NCBI GenBank assembly: GCA_963790205.1
Contig: CAWBNQ010000003.1
Coordinates: 864,001 to 928,000, forward strand
Reading direction: 5' to 3'
Origin: Nitrospirota bacterium
GTDB taxonomy: Bacteria > Nitrospirota > UBA9217
Length of the DNA: 64,000 nucleotides
The position numbers and the translations under genes were made by a program. Positions 17,070-27,193 of this stretch are shown here, in pieces. A model generated the notes under the pieces. That model was not told the DNA's origin. It did no database searches and saw only the letters and a list, made by a program, of their open reading frames with translations. The first letter of the stretch is position 1; each line of letters starts with the position of its first letter.

Positions 17070-20000
17070 ATGCGGGCTTTCTTTAGGGCTTTGAAGACTG
17101 TATCCGTCATTACCCTGGTTTTCTTTTCGTGGACCTATCTGCCCCTTTATCAGATTGCTGCATATGCGGCAACGGAAAAGCAGGTGGCGGCAAACAGTGG
17201 GTTGGAGCCAATAGAAAAGCAAAAAACTAAAAAATCTGAGGAGAAAATCGAAAAAGCGCTTACTGACATTCGGGAGAAAACAACGAAGGTAGGCGATAAA
17301 GCTGCGCGGGGCGAAGATACGTCTGCTGAGATAGACGCGATCAAATCTCAAAAAACTGAAATAGAAGCGATAGACAGCGACCTCAGAAAAAATTTTGCCG
17401 CAACAGAGCAAAAACTCAAAGCAGCGAACCTTCCGAAAGAAATCCTCAGCCGTCATTATAAATTCGTCAAGAACTACGAGGATAATCTTGTCCAACTCAG
17501 GGCTAATATCGATACCATTGAGCAGGCAAAAACGCCTTCTGCCTTAACAACCGCAATTGCCAAAACCAATAAGTATCTCGATAAAGTGAAACCCCCGAAA
17601 AAAAGAAAGCCATTTGATCCGAACAAGCTTCCGAATAGAGGGCACCAGATAAAGCACGCTGCGCTAGAAGAGAAAAAGCCTGAGGGAAAAAAGATAAACT
17701 CCATTTCACCTTTAAGAAAAAGCTCAGGACTTAATCCCATAATTGAGCAGAAAACGGCTCAAGCTCGCCGTCCGATACTCGTCGCGTCAAATGGGCCGTT
17801 GGATGGTCTACTTTCAACCTCGCAGACAGAGGATCTGTCTTCACACGAACAACTTGCCAATCTTACCACAGACAGCCTCATAATGAATTCCGTAATCGCG
17901 GCCACGCAGCCTGCATCAGCAGCGGACCTTGCGGAAACCCCGGAAATCCAATTTACGCCGGCGATAAAAGCAAAAGCCCAGGAACTTGAGAACAAGCCAC
18001 TGAAAATATACGAATGGGTCAGAAACAACATCGAATTCGTTCCCACCTACGGCTCCATCCAGGGGGCCGATATGTGCTTCCAGACAAAACAGTGCAATGA
18101 CATTGACACAGCCTCGCTTCTTATCGCGCTTTTACGCGCTTCAAACATCTCCGCTCGTTACGTCTACGGAACCATAGAGATTCCAATAGATAAGGCTAAA
18201 AACTGGGTAGGCGGAGCAACCGATCCGAATATGGTCGGGACAATCCTAGCCACAAACGGCATACCCGCAAAAACACTAATTTCCGGCGGAACAGTCACCG
18301 CCGTACAACTTGAGCACGTTTGGGTAAATGCTTGGATAAATTACATACCCTCTCGTGGTGCAGTACACCGACCTGGGCATGAAGACACATGGATTCCGCT
18401 CGATGCAAGCTTCAAACAGTACGACTATACGCAGGGTATCGACATCTCATCGGCCGTACCATTTGACACCAACACCTTCGTAAATCAGATCCAATCAACG
18501 GCAACGATCAACCAAACTGATGGTTCAGTCACAAACGTAAACTCCACCTATGTCCAGCAGACCATGCAGGACTATCAGACTCAAGTACAGAATTACATAC
18601 AGCAGAACTATCCGAACGCCACAGTCGGAGACGTGATCGGCAAGAAGGAAATCATTCAGAAGAACTATCCAATTCTTGTTGGCACGCTTCCGTATAAAAC
18701 CATTCAGGTCAGCTCAGAATTTGCCCAAGTACCCGATAATCTGCGATACAAAGTAACTTTTGAAATCCGGGACTCAAACGCTACTGGGACTTCCCTTTCT
18801 TATACAATCGGCATCTCGGAATTAGATGGCAAAAGGGTTACTCTCTCCTATACGCCAGCCACTGCAAACGATGCCCAAGTTATAGACTCCTATAATGGGA
18901 TTTTTAATGTCCCCGCATATTTGGTTAACATGAAACCCCAGATAAAAATTGATGGAGTTGTAGCTGCGACCGGGAACCCAATCGGACTTGGAAACGATCA
19001 AACATTCAATATGCAATTTGTCAGTCCTGCTTACGGAACTGAAAGTGTATCAAATATTGTAACAGCAGGAGCGTATTATGGAATAGGAATCAATCCAAAC
19101 AAAGTGCCGCAAGAATTATTGGCTCAGAGAAAAACGAATCTGGAATCGGTCAAAGATACGACCTGTGTTAATAGCCCGTATGCTGATGAGTGCAGCGGTG
19201 AGTTACTTTATGCTACAGCGATGGGATACTTTTTTGTGGTCAATGGATTTGATGATATATTTGCACAGTCAAATGGCATAATCAAGATGAAAGACGTGTC
19301 AGAAGCCATCGTGTCAGATGGTGTAAGTGCGTCCAATTTATTTGGCATTCCCACGGGGATTACTGAGACCGGTTTGATGATTGATGTCGATAGAAATATA
19401 TATGTTGCTTTTCCCAAAGATGGTAATCAATCGAGGGTCCGTCAGTTCATGATGTCTGCTGGTCAGATGAGTTCTGCCATGGAGCATGGTATATTTGAAT
19501 CCATGTATCAGGAAAAAGGCGTTTCTACAGTACAAGTCTTGAAGCTTGCGAATGACCAAGGGATACCCATATATACCATTACCCAAAACAATATCTCCTC
19601 CATTTTACCTGCGTTACAGATTTCAGACGAAGTAATAAACGATATTCAAAATGCAGTCAATGCAGGCAAGACTGTTATTGTCCCGAAGCAAAATATCACA
19701 TACTACAATTGGACAGGCACCGGCTATGTCGTAATGGATTCACAAACGGGAGCGGGTGCTTATATGATTAGTACAAGCTTGGCAGGGGGAGGTTGTTGCA
19801 TTGCCGCTGGAGGATTGCCTGTTGGATGTACAATCATAGATCTCGAGCATAAAATGACTCCACTGTATTTTCTCGCCGTGATTGGAACCGCAATCGGGAC
19901 TGTGAGTATGTTGGTATGGGGCCTAGGGGCTTTGGTTAGTGCCGGATTATTTTTAGCTTTTGCCGTACTTGCTCCCATTGTACTGCTGATCGCTATTTTG

Positions 20001-20252
20001 GCGGCATTCATTATAGCTGCCATGGTTATGGCATTGATTGGCTATTATAGTAATCAAGCGGCCATCTTCCCAAGTAAAAGGAGAAAAAATGAAATTAGAA
20101 ATCAATTTGCACTTTGTCCTAATTATATTTTTGATAATGGTATGGCTTGGCGTAATATATATAAAAGCAGTGGTTCGTCAATTGAAAAAGCAGATAAACG
20201 CGGCAACCGATATAGAATATATAGGCAAATCACGGTGCGAATCTGCGGCTAA
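17070..20252 (+). CDS. Large secreted transglutaminase-like domain protein with hydrophobic C-terminal region
   Basis: Signal-peptide-like N-terminus; IYEWVRNNI...DTASLLIALLRASNISARYVYG...HVWV...WIPLD; TGAGAYMIS then Ala/Leu/Ile-rich TM segments; AT-rich codon use. Confidence 0.8.
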   Translation: MRAFFRALKTVSVITLVFFSWTYLPLYQIAAYAATEKQVAANSGLEPIEKQKTKKSEEKIEKALTDIREKTTKVGDKAARGEDTSAEIDAIKSQKTEIEAIDSDLRKNFAATEQKLKAANLPKEILSRHYKFVKNYEDNLVQLRANIDTIEQAKTPSALTTAIAKTNKYLDKVKPPKKRKPFDPNKLPNRGHQIKHAALEEKKPEGKKINSISPLRKSSGLNPIIEQKTAQARRPILVASNGPLDGLLSTSQTEDLSSHEQLANLTTDSLIMNSVIAATQPASAADLAETPEIQFTPAIKAKAQELENKPLKIYEWVRNNIEFVPTYGSIQGADMCFQTKQCNDIDTASLLIALLRASNISARYVYGTIEIPIDKAKNWVGGATDPNMVGTILATNGIPAKTLISGGTVTAVQLEHVWVNAWINYIPSRGAVHRPGHEDTWIPLDASFKQYDYTQGIDISSAVPFDTNTFVNQIQSTATINQTDGSVTNVNSTYVQQTMQDYQTQVQNYIQQNYPNATVGDVIGKKEIIQKNYPILVGTLPYKTIQVSSEFAQVPDNLRYKVTFEIRDSNATGTSLSYTIGISELDGKRVTLSYTPATANDAQVIDSYNGIFNVPAYLVNMKPQIKIDGVVAATGNPIGLGNDQTFNMQFVSPAYGTESVSNIVTAGAYYGIGINPNKVPQELLAQRKTNLESVKDTTCVNSPYADECSGELLYATAMGYFFVVNGFDDIFAQSNGIIKMKDVSEAIVSDGVSASNLFGIPTGITETGLMIDVDRNIYVAFPKDGNQSRVRQFMMSAGQMSSAMEHGIFESMYQEKGVSTVQVLKLANDQGIPIYTITQNNISSILPALQISDEVINDIQNAVNAGKTVIVPKQNITYYNWTGTGYVVMDSQTGAGAYMISTSLAGGGCCIAAGGLPVGCTIIDLEHKMTPLYFLAVIGTAIGTVSMLVWGLGALVSAGLFLAFAVLAPIVLLIAILAAFIIAAMVMALIGYYSNQAAIFPSKRRKNEIRNQFALCPNYIFDNGMAWRNIYKSSGSSIEKADKRGNRYRIYRQITVRICG

Positions 20253-20529
20253 GAATTCCAATGTAATGGCTAAGTTTCACAAAATTGTCGTCGCAGTCAT
20301 GCTTATTTTGATTGTTGTTTTTGTTGGCGATGAACTGGGGCGAATATTTGTTTTTTTTAGAAACTCGTCCGCGATAGATGAACCTAGTATCTCGAAACTG
20401 TCAAGACTTATTAACGTTAGTTGGTTGTTAGGCTTACTGGCCTATGGCGGGTTTTGGTATATGGTTCGTATTGTACGTGACTACAGCGTTGATCTCGTGA
20501 AAAAATGCAAAGAATTACAACAGCGATAA
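20089..20529 (+). CDS. Small multi-TM hypothetical protein (candidate immunity protein)
   Basis: AAGGAG RBS before MKLEINL; three hydrophobic segments. Confidence 0.65.
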   Translation: MKLEINLHFVLIIFLIMVWLGVIYIKAVVRQLKKQINAATDIEYIGKSRCESAAKNSNVMAKFHKIVVAVMLILIVVFVGDELGRIFVFFRNSSAIDEPSISKLSRLINVSWLLGLLAYGGFWYMVRIVRDYSVDLVKKCKELQQR

Positions 20530-20538
20530 GAGATATTC

Positions 20539-21225
20539 ATGGCTGTTCCTTATAATTTTTATACCGGGTTCAAATGTAAGACAACGTTCATGGCGGCCGG
20601 AACGGGTCTCTTGATGGGATATTTTGCGAGTATCTTTGTCCCGCTGCGGTCCCATCCTTTGGTCAGCTTCCTACCTGTGCCACTAGGTGGACTAGTGGCG
20701 ATGATTGCTAATCTGTGGGTTGTCAGAAGTTATATCAAGGGTAAAAAAAGAGGACTCTTTGAGTATGTTTACAGAGAGTCACATCTTGATCCCATACTAA
20801 AATCGAAAATTGCGAATGCCTGGCCGGGGGCGTTTAATGCAGTGGTTGAATTAGAGTCGCTGGCACTGTACAAAGCGCTGATGGCCCAAGCAGATCACCT
20901 GATCGACGACACACGTTTCCTGCTCTATATGGCTGCCGCGAGGGTTGCCTCAATTGGGAGCGAAGACAAAAATGCCATAGAAGCTCTCAAGCATGCTCTC
21001 ATGATTAAACCATATGATGTAATCGCAAATTTCAGACTTGCCAGATCATTCGAGCGAATCGATTCTGCTACGGAGGCGATAAAAGCATATGAAACTGCTC
21101 TTCTTGATCCAACTATCGATGCAGAAGAACTCAAGGCGTTTATTTCGGATCAGGTGCAGCGGGTAAGAGAAAAGGGGCCAGAACAGCGCTCGCCGATTCC
21201 CGGGCTTATATATCAATTAATGTAA
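20539..21225 (+). CDS. Membrane-anchored hypothetical protein with TPR-like C-terminus
   Basis: Two N-terminal TM segments; AIEALKHALMIKPYDVIANFRLA...EAIKAYETAL. Confidence 0.65.
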   Translation: MAVPYNFYTGFKCKTTFMAAGTGLLMGYFASIFVPLRSHPLVSFLPVPLGGLVAMIANLWVVRSYIKGKKRGLFEYVYRESHLDPILKSKIANAWPGAFNAVVELESLALYKALMAQADHLIDDTRFLLYMAAARVASIGSEDKNAIEALKHALMIKPYDVIANFRLARSFERIDSATEAIKAYETALLDPTIDAEELKAFISDQVQRVREKGPEQRSPIPGLIYQLM

Positions 21226-21255
21226 TTGTCGGACTTTAAGGAAGGAAATTGTGTG

Positions 21256-22578
21256 ATGAGATGTTTTGAGCATATTATTATTTCATTTCTACTCATATTG
21301 TTAGTTTATGCGAAGCCAGTGCCTGCCCAAGACCTCAAGGTCACCGAGAAGGTGCTGCCGAACGGGCTCAAGGTGCTGCTCAAGGAAGAGCACAAGGCCC
21401 CCGTGGTCACCTTCCAGGTATGGTACAAGGTCGGTTCGCGGAATGAAAAGCTCGGTACCACGGGGATGTCTCACCTCCTTGAGCACATGATGTTCAAAGG
21501 CACGAAGAAATACGGTCCCAAGACCTTTTCCCAGACCGTCATGCGGAACGGCGGGAACGATAACGCTTTTACGGGTAAGGATTACACGGCCTATTTTGAA
21601 ACGTTCGCGGCCGATCGTATTGCCATCTCGCTCGAGCTGGAGTCCGACCGCATGCAGAACCTGCTTCTTGATCCGAAGGAGTTCCGGTCCGAGCGGGAAG
21701 TGGTCAAGGAGGAACGCCGCATGAGGACGGACGACGACCCGACCGCGACCATGGTTGAACAGATGACTGCCGCGGCTTTTATCGCCCACCCCTATGAGTG
21801 GCCCGTGATCGGCTGGATGGCGGACATCAACAACATCACCCGCGACGATCTTTATAGTCATTACCGTCTGTATTATGCTCCGAACAACGCGACTATCGTT
21901 GTGGTCGGTGATTTCAATACACAGGCGCTGCTGCCGCAAATCGAAAAATACTTCGGCAGGATCCCACCAGGACCAAGGGTCCCCACAGTCGCGGCAATCG
22001 AGCCGAAACAGCTCGGCGAGCGCAGGATAATCGTCAAGAAACAGGCCGAGCTCCCGGCCGTTTTCGCCGGGTACCACACCCCTGACCTCAAACATCCCGA
22101 TTCCTACGCCCTTGAGGTCCTTCAAGGCGTCCTTTCATCGGGTAAGAGCTCTCGATTGTACAAGTCTCTCGTATACGAGAAACAGCTCGCGTCGTATGCC
22201 GGCGGAGATTACGATGACATCGCCAACGACCCGAACCTCTTCACCGTCTACGCCGGGGTGATGCCGGGCAAGACCGCCGACGAGGTGGAGAAGGCGCTGT
22301 ACGCGGAGCTTGAGAAGCTCAAATCAGCCCCCGTCACCGACGAAGAGCTGCAAAAAGCGAAGAACCAGATCGAGGCTTCCTTTATTATGGGGCAAGACTC
22401 CATATTTTACCAGGCCATGCTTCTGGGGCAGTACGAGACCGTTGCGAACTGGAGATTGCTCGAAAAATATGTGGACAACATCCGCGCGGTCACGAAGGAA
22501 GACGTCCAGCGGGTGGCAAAGGAATATTTCTCCGAGGACAACAGGACGGTGGGGATATTGGTCCCGATAAAACAATAA
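21256..22578 (+). CDS. Secreted M16B peptidase, catalytic subunit
   Basis: Signal peptide, HLLEH, NAFT, EERR. Confidence 0.92.
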   Translation: MRCFEHIIISFLLILLVYAKPVPAQDLKVTEKVLPNGLKVLLKEEHKAPVVTFQVWYKVGSRNEKLGTTGMSHLLEHMMFKGTKKYGPKTFSQTVMRNGGNDNAFTGKDYTAYFETFAADRIAISLELESDRMQNLLLDPKEFRSEREVVKEERRMRTDDDPTATMVEQMTAAAFIAHPYEWPVIGWMADINNITRDDLYSHYRLYYAPNNATIVVVGDFNTQALLPQIEKYFGRIPPGPRVPTVAAIEPKQLGERRIIVKKQAELPAVFAGYHTPDLKHPDSYALEVLQGVLSSGKSSRLYKSLVYEKQLASYAGGDYDDIANDPNLFTVYAGVMPGKTADEVEKALYAELEKLKSAPVTDEELQKAKNQIEASFIMGQDSIFYQAMLLGQYETVANWRLLEKYVDNIRAVTKEDVQRVAKEYFSEDNRTVGILVPIKQ

Positions 22579-22661
22579 AGGTGAAAGGTACCCTGCTCTT
22601 GCTTGCGGCCGCGATAGGGCAACGGCAGGCCACGAAAGCACGGGCATAAACGGAGTGCGGA

Positions 22662-24008
22662 ATGCGAAATATACATCAAAGAAGAAAAGCCAGAACCTGT
22701 GTAATCATCCTTTTTGCCATGCTGATGTCGGCAACGGTATCGTTCGCCGCGGAGCCGCTCGGCAAGCGCATCCTGCTCGAGAACGGCATGGTCCTTCTGC
22801 TTTCCGAAAAGCACGACATCCCGATGGTAACGGTGAACATGGCGATCAAGGCGGGCAACACGGCGGTTCCGGGCGACAAACCAGGGCTCGCATCGATTAC
22901 CGCTTCGCTCCTCACGCAGGGGACAACAAGGCGCACGGCGAACCAGATCAGCCGCGAGATCGATTTCATCGGAGGATCGCTTTCGACCTCAGGCGGAGAT
23001 GACTTCGCCTCAGCGGGCCTGCGGGTTCTCAAAAAAGACATCCGTACCGGCCTGGACCTGCTCTCGGACGTGCTGCTGAATCCGGTTTTTGATCAGAAAG
23101 AAATAGACCGCAAAGTCAGGGAAACGCTTGCCGAAATCGAGCGGCAGAAAGAAGAGCCCGGCACGGTGGCCCAGGAAGCGTTCCAAAAGGCGGTATACGG
23201 CGGTCATGCCTACGGCATCAGTAGTGAGGAGGTCGCCGCCTATTTGCCGAAGCTGACGCGACCGGACGTCCTTGATTTTTACAAGGCGAGGTACAGCCCG
23301 AACAATACGATCATTGCCGTGGTCGGCGATGTGACCGAGAAAGAAATTGTTTCGCTTTTGAACGATTATTTCAAGGGCTGGAAACGGAACGATACGCCTC
23401 TGCCCGCCGCGGTGCAGCCTCCCGTCATGAATACGCTTGTTGTGAAGAAGATCGACAAAAACATCACCCAGGCGAACATCGACATGGGGCATATCGGCGT
23501 CAGCAGGGAAAACCCCGATTTTTATTCCATCATGGTCATGAACTATATCCTGGGCGGCGGCGGATTTTCCTCCCGGCTTATGGATAATATCCGGGATAAC
23601 AAAGGCCTGGCCTATGACGTGCGCAGCGGCTTTGCCGCAGAGAAAGAGACAGGCGCCTTCGAGGTGAGCATCCAGACCAAGAACGAGTCGGCGAATGAGG
23701 TTATTGCCGAAACCCTGAAGGAGCTGAAAAGGATGCAGGCCGAACTTGTCTCGGAAAAGGAACTTGCCGATGCCAAGGCATACCTGACCGGAAGTTTTCC
23801 TCTGAGAATGGATACTTCATCCAAGATAGCCGGCCTGCTTGCCTCCATCGAAATCTACAACCTTGGCCTCGACTATCCGCAAAAATATGCCAGCCTGATA
23901 AATTCCATTACCCGGGAAGATATTCAGCGCGTGGCGAAAAAGTATCTTCATCCCGACAAACTGGTGATCGTCGTAGTCGCGAACCAGGAGAAGGCGAAAC
24001 TGAAATAG
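22662..24008 (+). CDS. Secreted M16B peptidase, non-catalytic partner subunit
   Basis: No HxxEH; GGGGFSSRL...IR..KGLAY; paired with upstream M16 gene. Confidence 0.88.
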   Translation: MRNIHQRRKARTCVIILFAMLMSATVSFAAEPLGKRILLENGMVLLLSEKHDIPMVTVNMAIKAGNTAVPGDKPGLASITASLLTQGTTRRTANQISREIDFIGGSLSTSGGDDFASAGLRVLKKDIRTGLDLLSDVLLNPVFDQKEIDRKVRETLAEIERQKEEPGTVAQEAFQKAVYGGHAYGISSEEVAAYLPKLTRPDVLDFYKARYSPNNTIIAVVGDVTEKEIVSLLNDYFKGWKRNDTPLPAAVQPPVMNTLVVKKIDKNITQANIDMGHIGVSRENPDFYSIMVMNYILGGGGFSSRLMDNIRDNKGLAYDVRSGFAAEKETGAFEVSIQTKNESANEVIAETLKELKRMQAELVSEKELADAKAYLTGSFPLRMDTSSKIAGLLASIEIYNLGLDYPQKYASLINSITREDIQRVAKKYLHPDKLVIVVVANQEKAKLK

Positions 24009-24055
24009 TAATGAATCTCCGTGGTGACCGAAGCGCCCTTGGGAAAGCGGACGTT

Positions 24056-25287
24056 GTGAAAATAAAGGCTTGGACTGCTATACTGCTGAGAAAGAAAGCG
24101 GGCGTTCCCGTTTTTTTCGTAGTCCTTTTGGGTCTGGTGTTGATCTCGGGATGCGCCCGTCCCCGGTCACTATCGGTGCTCGACGACGACGCCCTGAACC
24201 GTGAGCAGGGATTTGAGTCCGTTGTCTTCTGGCGTGTGAAGGTACTGGATAAGACCGGCACGATCACTTCGCGGCCGCGCTTCTTAATCTACCGGCCAGG
24301 ACCCTCGAAAGAGGGAGGACCGAACTTCGATAAGCCGATTCCGGAACATACCGGGGTGGACGGGGAGTGGACAAAACGGGACGTATTCCCGTGTTCGAGA
24401 GCATGGTTGCTGCCGCCTCAAAGCCGGAAACGTATCTGTTTAAAAACGCCACCTTTTTCCTCTATACCGATTATCTGCCGAACTACTTTACGGGACGCTA
24501 CGAGGAAAGAAGCGTGTTTTTCACGGTGCCGCTGAACAGGCTCTGCACCATACCATCCGGCAAACTGGTCTATCTCGGAGAGATTTTGATCGAATTCCTG
24601 AAAGAGGAAAAAGCCGGGTATTCCTATCGCGTAACCATTGTGCAGGATAGCGATAATTTCAACGATGCGGTGAAGCAATTTCGCGAGTCCTATCCCGGCC
24701 TGTTCAAGAGGTTCGACAGATCTGTCGAGCCGGTTTCCTGGAAGATCCTGCTCGTCGATAATTTTAACGCAAACGAGAACGCCTGGGCTGTCCCGTCGGG
24801 CGACAAGCACGTTTATGCCGGGTTCAGCAATGGGGAATATAGTATCCAGTCCAAAAATGATGAATGTCACTGGGCGGGAATTACTCCTTCATTTAACAGA
24901 CCCCACAATTTCGACATTGAACTCGTGAGCGCAGGCACATCGAAAGCAGATGTGCAAGGGTACGGGCTTGCTCTGGGGAACGACCGTGAAAATGCGTACA
25001 ATTTTCTTTTTACCGGAAGCGGGCAGGCAATAATCGAGCTTTATAAAAACGGGGACTCTCAGCCGTCGCTCGTGACCGGGAAAGAAGGGGCTGTCGAAAA
25101 ATCGTTTGATAGCCCGATCATTCGGCAGAAAATCGAAGCGCGCGGTGATATACTCCGGTATTATTTAAATGATCGTTTGATCGGAGAAATAAAGAATGAG
25201 CTCGACATGAAAGCGTGGTATCTCGGTCTCGCGGTATGCGGGAAACAAACGGTCGAGTTCGATCAGTTCAAACTGATCGAGCGCTGA
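24056..25287 (+). pseudogene. Hypothetical lipoprotein split by a frameshift near 24383
   Basis: Lipobox LISG-C in first frame; downstream beta-rich ORF 24367..25287 in a different frame. Confidence 0.55.
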
Positions 25288-25347
25288 GAGCTCAAGAGCA
25301 GGATGCGTGTGCGGCATCTTATGCCGATCGCATGATAGAGTCCCTGT

Positions 25348-27156
25348 ATGAACCAGAAGATCAAAATACTTCCCGAGCACGTCATCAATAAGATAGCCGC
25401 CGGCGAAGTGGTGGAACGGCCGGCATCGGTTGTCAAGGAGTTGATCGAGAACTCGATTGACGCCGGCGCGACCCGGATCTTCATCGACATTGAACAGGCC
25501 GGCAGACGTTTCATCCGCCTTACGGACAACGGCGGCGGCATGTCGAAAGAAGACGCGCAGATTGCGTTTGAACGTCACGCAACAAGCAAAATAACGAGCG
25601 ATTCCGACCTCGAAGCCATCAAAACGATGGGATTTCGCGGAGAGGCGCTTTCAAGCATAGCCTCGGTCGCCCAGGTCCGGATGCTTACAGCCGAAGGGGA
25701 AGCGTCCTCGGGCACGATGGTCGAAATCGAGGGCGGCAGCGTCAAGACAGTGTCCGATGCGGCCGCTTCGCAGGGCACGTCCCTCGAAATAAGCCACCTG
25801 TTCTACAACACGCCCGCCCGGCTTAAGTTTTTGAAAAGCCCGGCAACCGAGTTTTCTCATATCCTGACCGCCGTATCGCGCCAGGCCATGGCCCATCCCT
25901 CCATCCGGTTCAAGCTCACGAACAACAAAAAAATAGTGCTCGATCTGCCGGCCTCGTCGAACGTGAAGGAGCGGGCGTTTCAGTTATACGGTGGAGAGAT
26001 CGCGGAAAACCTGGTCGGGTTTTCGGGCGGGAGAGATGCGATACGGATAGAGGGTCTTCTCGGCCGTCCCGGTTTTACCCGTGCGGACAAGACCTATCAG
26101 GATTTTTATGTAAACCGCCGCGCAGTGAAGAACCCTTCGCTCACTCATGCGCTTTATGCCGCGTACGGCGACATGCTTATGCGCGATCGCCATCCTGTCG
26201 GCTTCATCTTTATCGAGATCGATCCGTCCTTTGTGGATGTGAACGTGCATCCGGCCAAGACGGAAGTGCGTTTTCGAAACCAGTCACAGGTTCATGATCT
26301 CGTCCGGGACGTGATCAGGGAGAGTCTGCGTGCGCAGGGCCTGCCCGGACAAGGGAGGACGGTATCTGCACGATTTGATCCGGAAGGCGTAAGGGAGGCG
26401 CTCTCGGAGTATTTCCAGATGGAGCCGGCTGCAAGCAGTATAGCGGACTCAAGGAAATCCTCGATCCTGTTCGGCCGGCGAAAGAGCGACGTGAGGGCTC
26501 TTGACATGCAATTCGACGAAGAGAGACCTCAACAACAAGCCCCTTCTTCGAAGTCGGCTCCTCCTGTCATAACGCCCGCCGTTTTTTTATCGCCTCTTGC
26601 GCAGGTCCATGATTCCTTTATTATCACCCAGTCGCGGGACGGCATGGCGATCATCGATCAGCATGCGGCGCACGAACGCGTGCTTTTCGAGGAACTCCAG
26701 GACCAATTCGGGAGCGAGAACCTCGCCATCCAGCATCTTCTTATCCCGCAGCAGATTGAACTGGGCCCTGCTCAAAGCCATCTGCTTTCAGAATATTTGC
26801 CCGACATCAATAAACTCGGCATTGCCGTCGAGGACTTCGGCAACGGCACGTTCATGATCAAGGCCGTTCCGTCGCTTCTCGTCGGCGCGGATTATAAGAA
26901 ACTGCTCCTCGACATCCTCGATGAAATATTCGTCCACGGAAAGAGCAGAAAGATGGACGACATGCGCAACGAGGTCCTGAGCGTCATGGCCTGTCATCCG
27001 GCGGTCAAGGTCCATCGAAAACTGGATATGCGGGAAATGGAAAAATTGATCGAGGACCTTTTTAAATGCCGCATGCCGCACACCTGTCCTCACGGCAGGC
27101 CTACGGTGGTAAGGTTTTCAATAGAAGAGATAAAAAAAATGTTCAAGCGGGTATAG
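25348..27156 (+). CDS. mutL: DNA mismatch repair protein MutL
   Basis: IAAGEVVERPASVVKEL, GFRGEAL, DVNVHP, DQHAAHER, CPHGRP. Confidence 0.97.
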   Translation: MNQKIKILPEHVINKIAAGEVVERPASVVKELIENSIDAGATRIFIDIEQAGRRFIRLTDNGGGMSKEDAQIAFERHATSKITSDSDLEAIKTMGFRGEALSSIASVAQVRMLTAEGEASSGTMVEIEGGSVKTVSDAAASQGTSLEISHLFYNTPARLKFLKSPATEFSHILTAVSRQAMAHPSIRFKLTNNKKIVLDLPASSNVKERAFQLYGGEIAENLVGFSGGRDAIRIEGLLGRPGFTRADKTYQDFYVNRRAVKNPSLTHALYAAYGDMLMRDRHPVGFIFIEIDPSFVDVNVHPAKTEVRFRNQSQVHDLVRDVIRESLRAQGLPGQGRTVSARFDPEGVREALSEYFQMEPAASSIADSRKSSILFGRRKSDVRALDMQFDEERPQQQAPSSKSAPPVITPAVFLSPLAQVHDSFIITQSRDGMAIIDQHAAHERVLFEELQDQFGSENLAIQHLLIPQQIELGPAQSHLLSEYLPDINKLGIAVEDFGNGTFMIKAVPSLLVGADYKKLLLDILDEIFVHGKSRKMDDMRNEVLSVMACHPAVKVHRKLDMREMEKLIEDLFKCRMPHTCPHGRPTVVRFSIEEIKKMFKRV

Positions 27157-27193
27157 GATATTGAGACGTTACCTTGAAAAGTGAGAATGCTCT

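Noticed and set aside
16965..21255. Prophage or integrative element
   Set aside because: No integrase, tRNA target, phage genes or flanking direct repeats recognised
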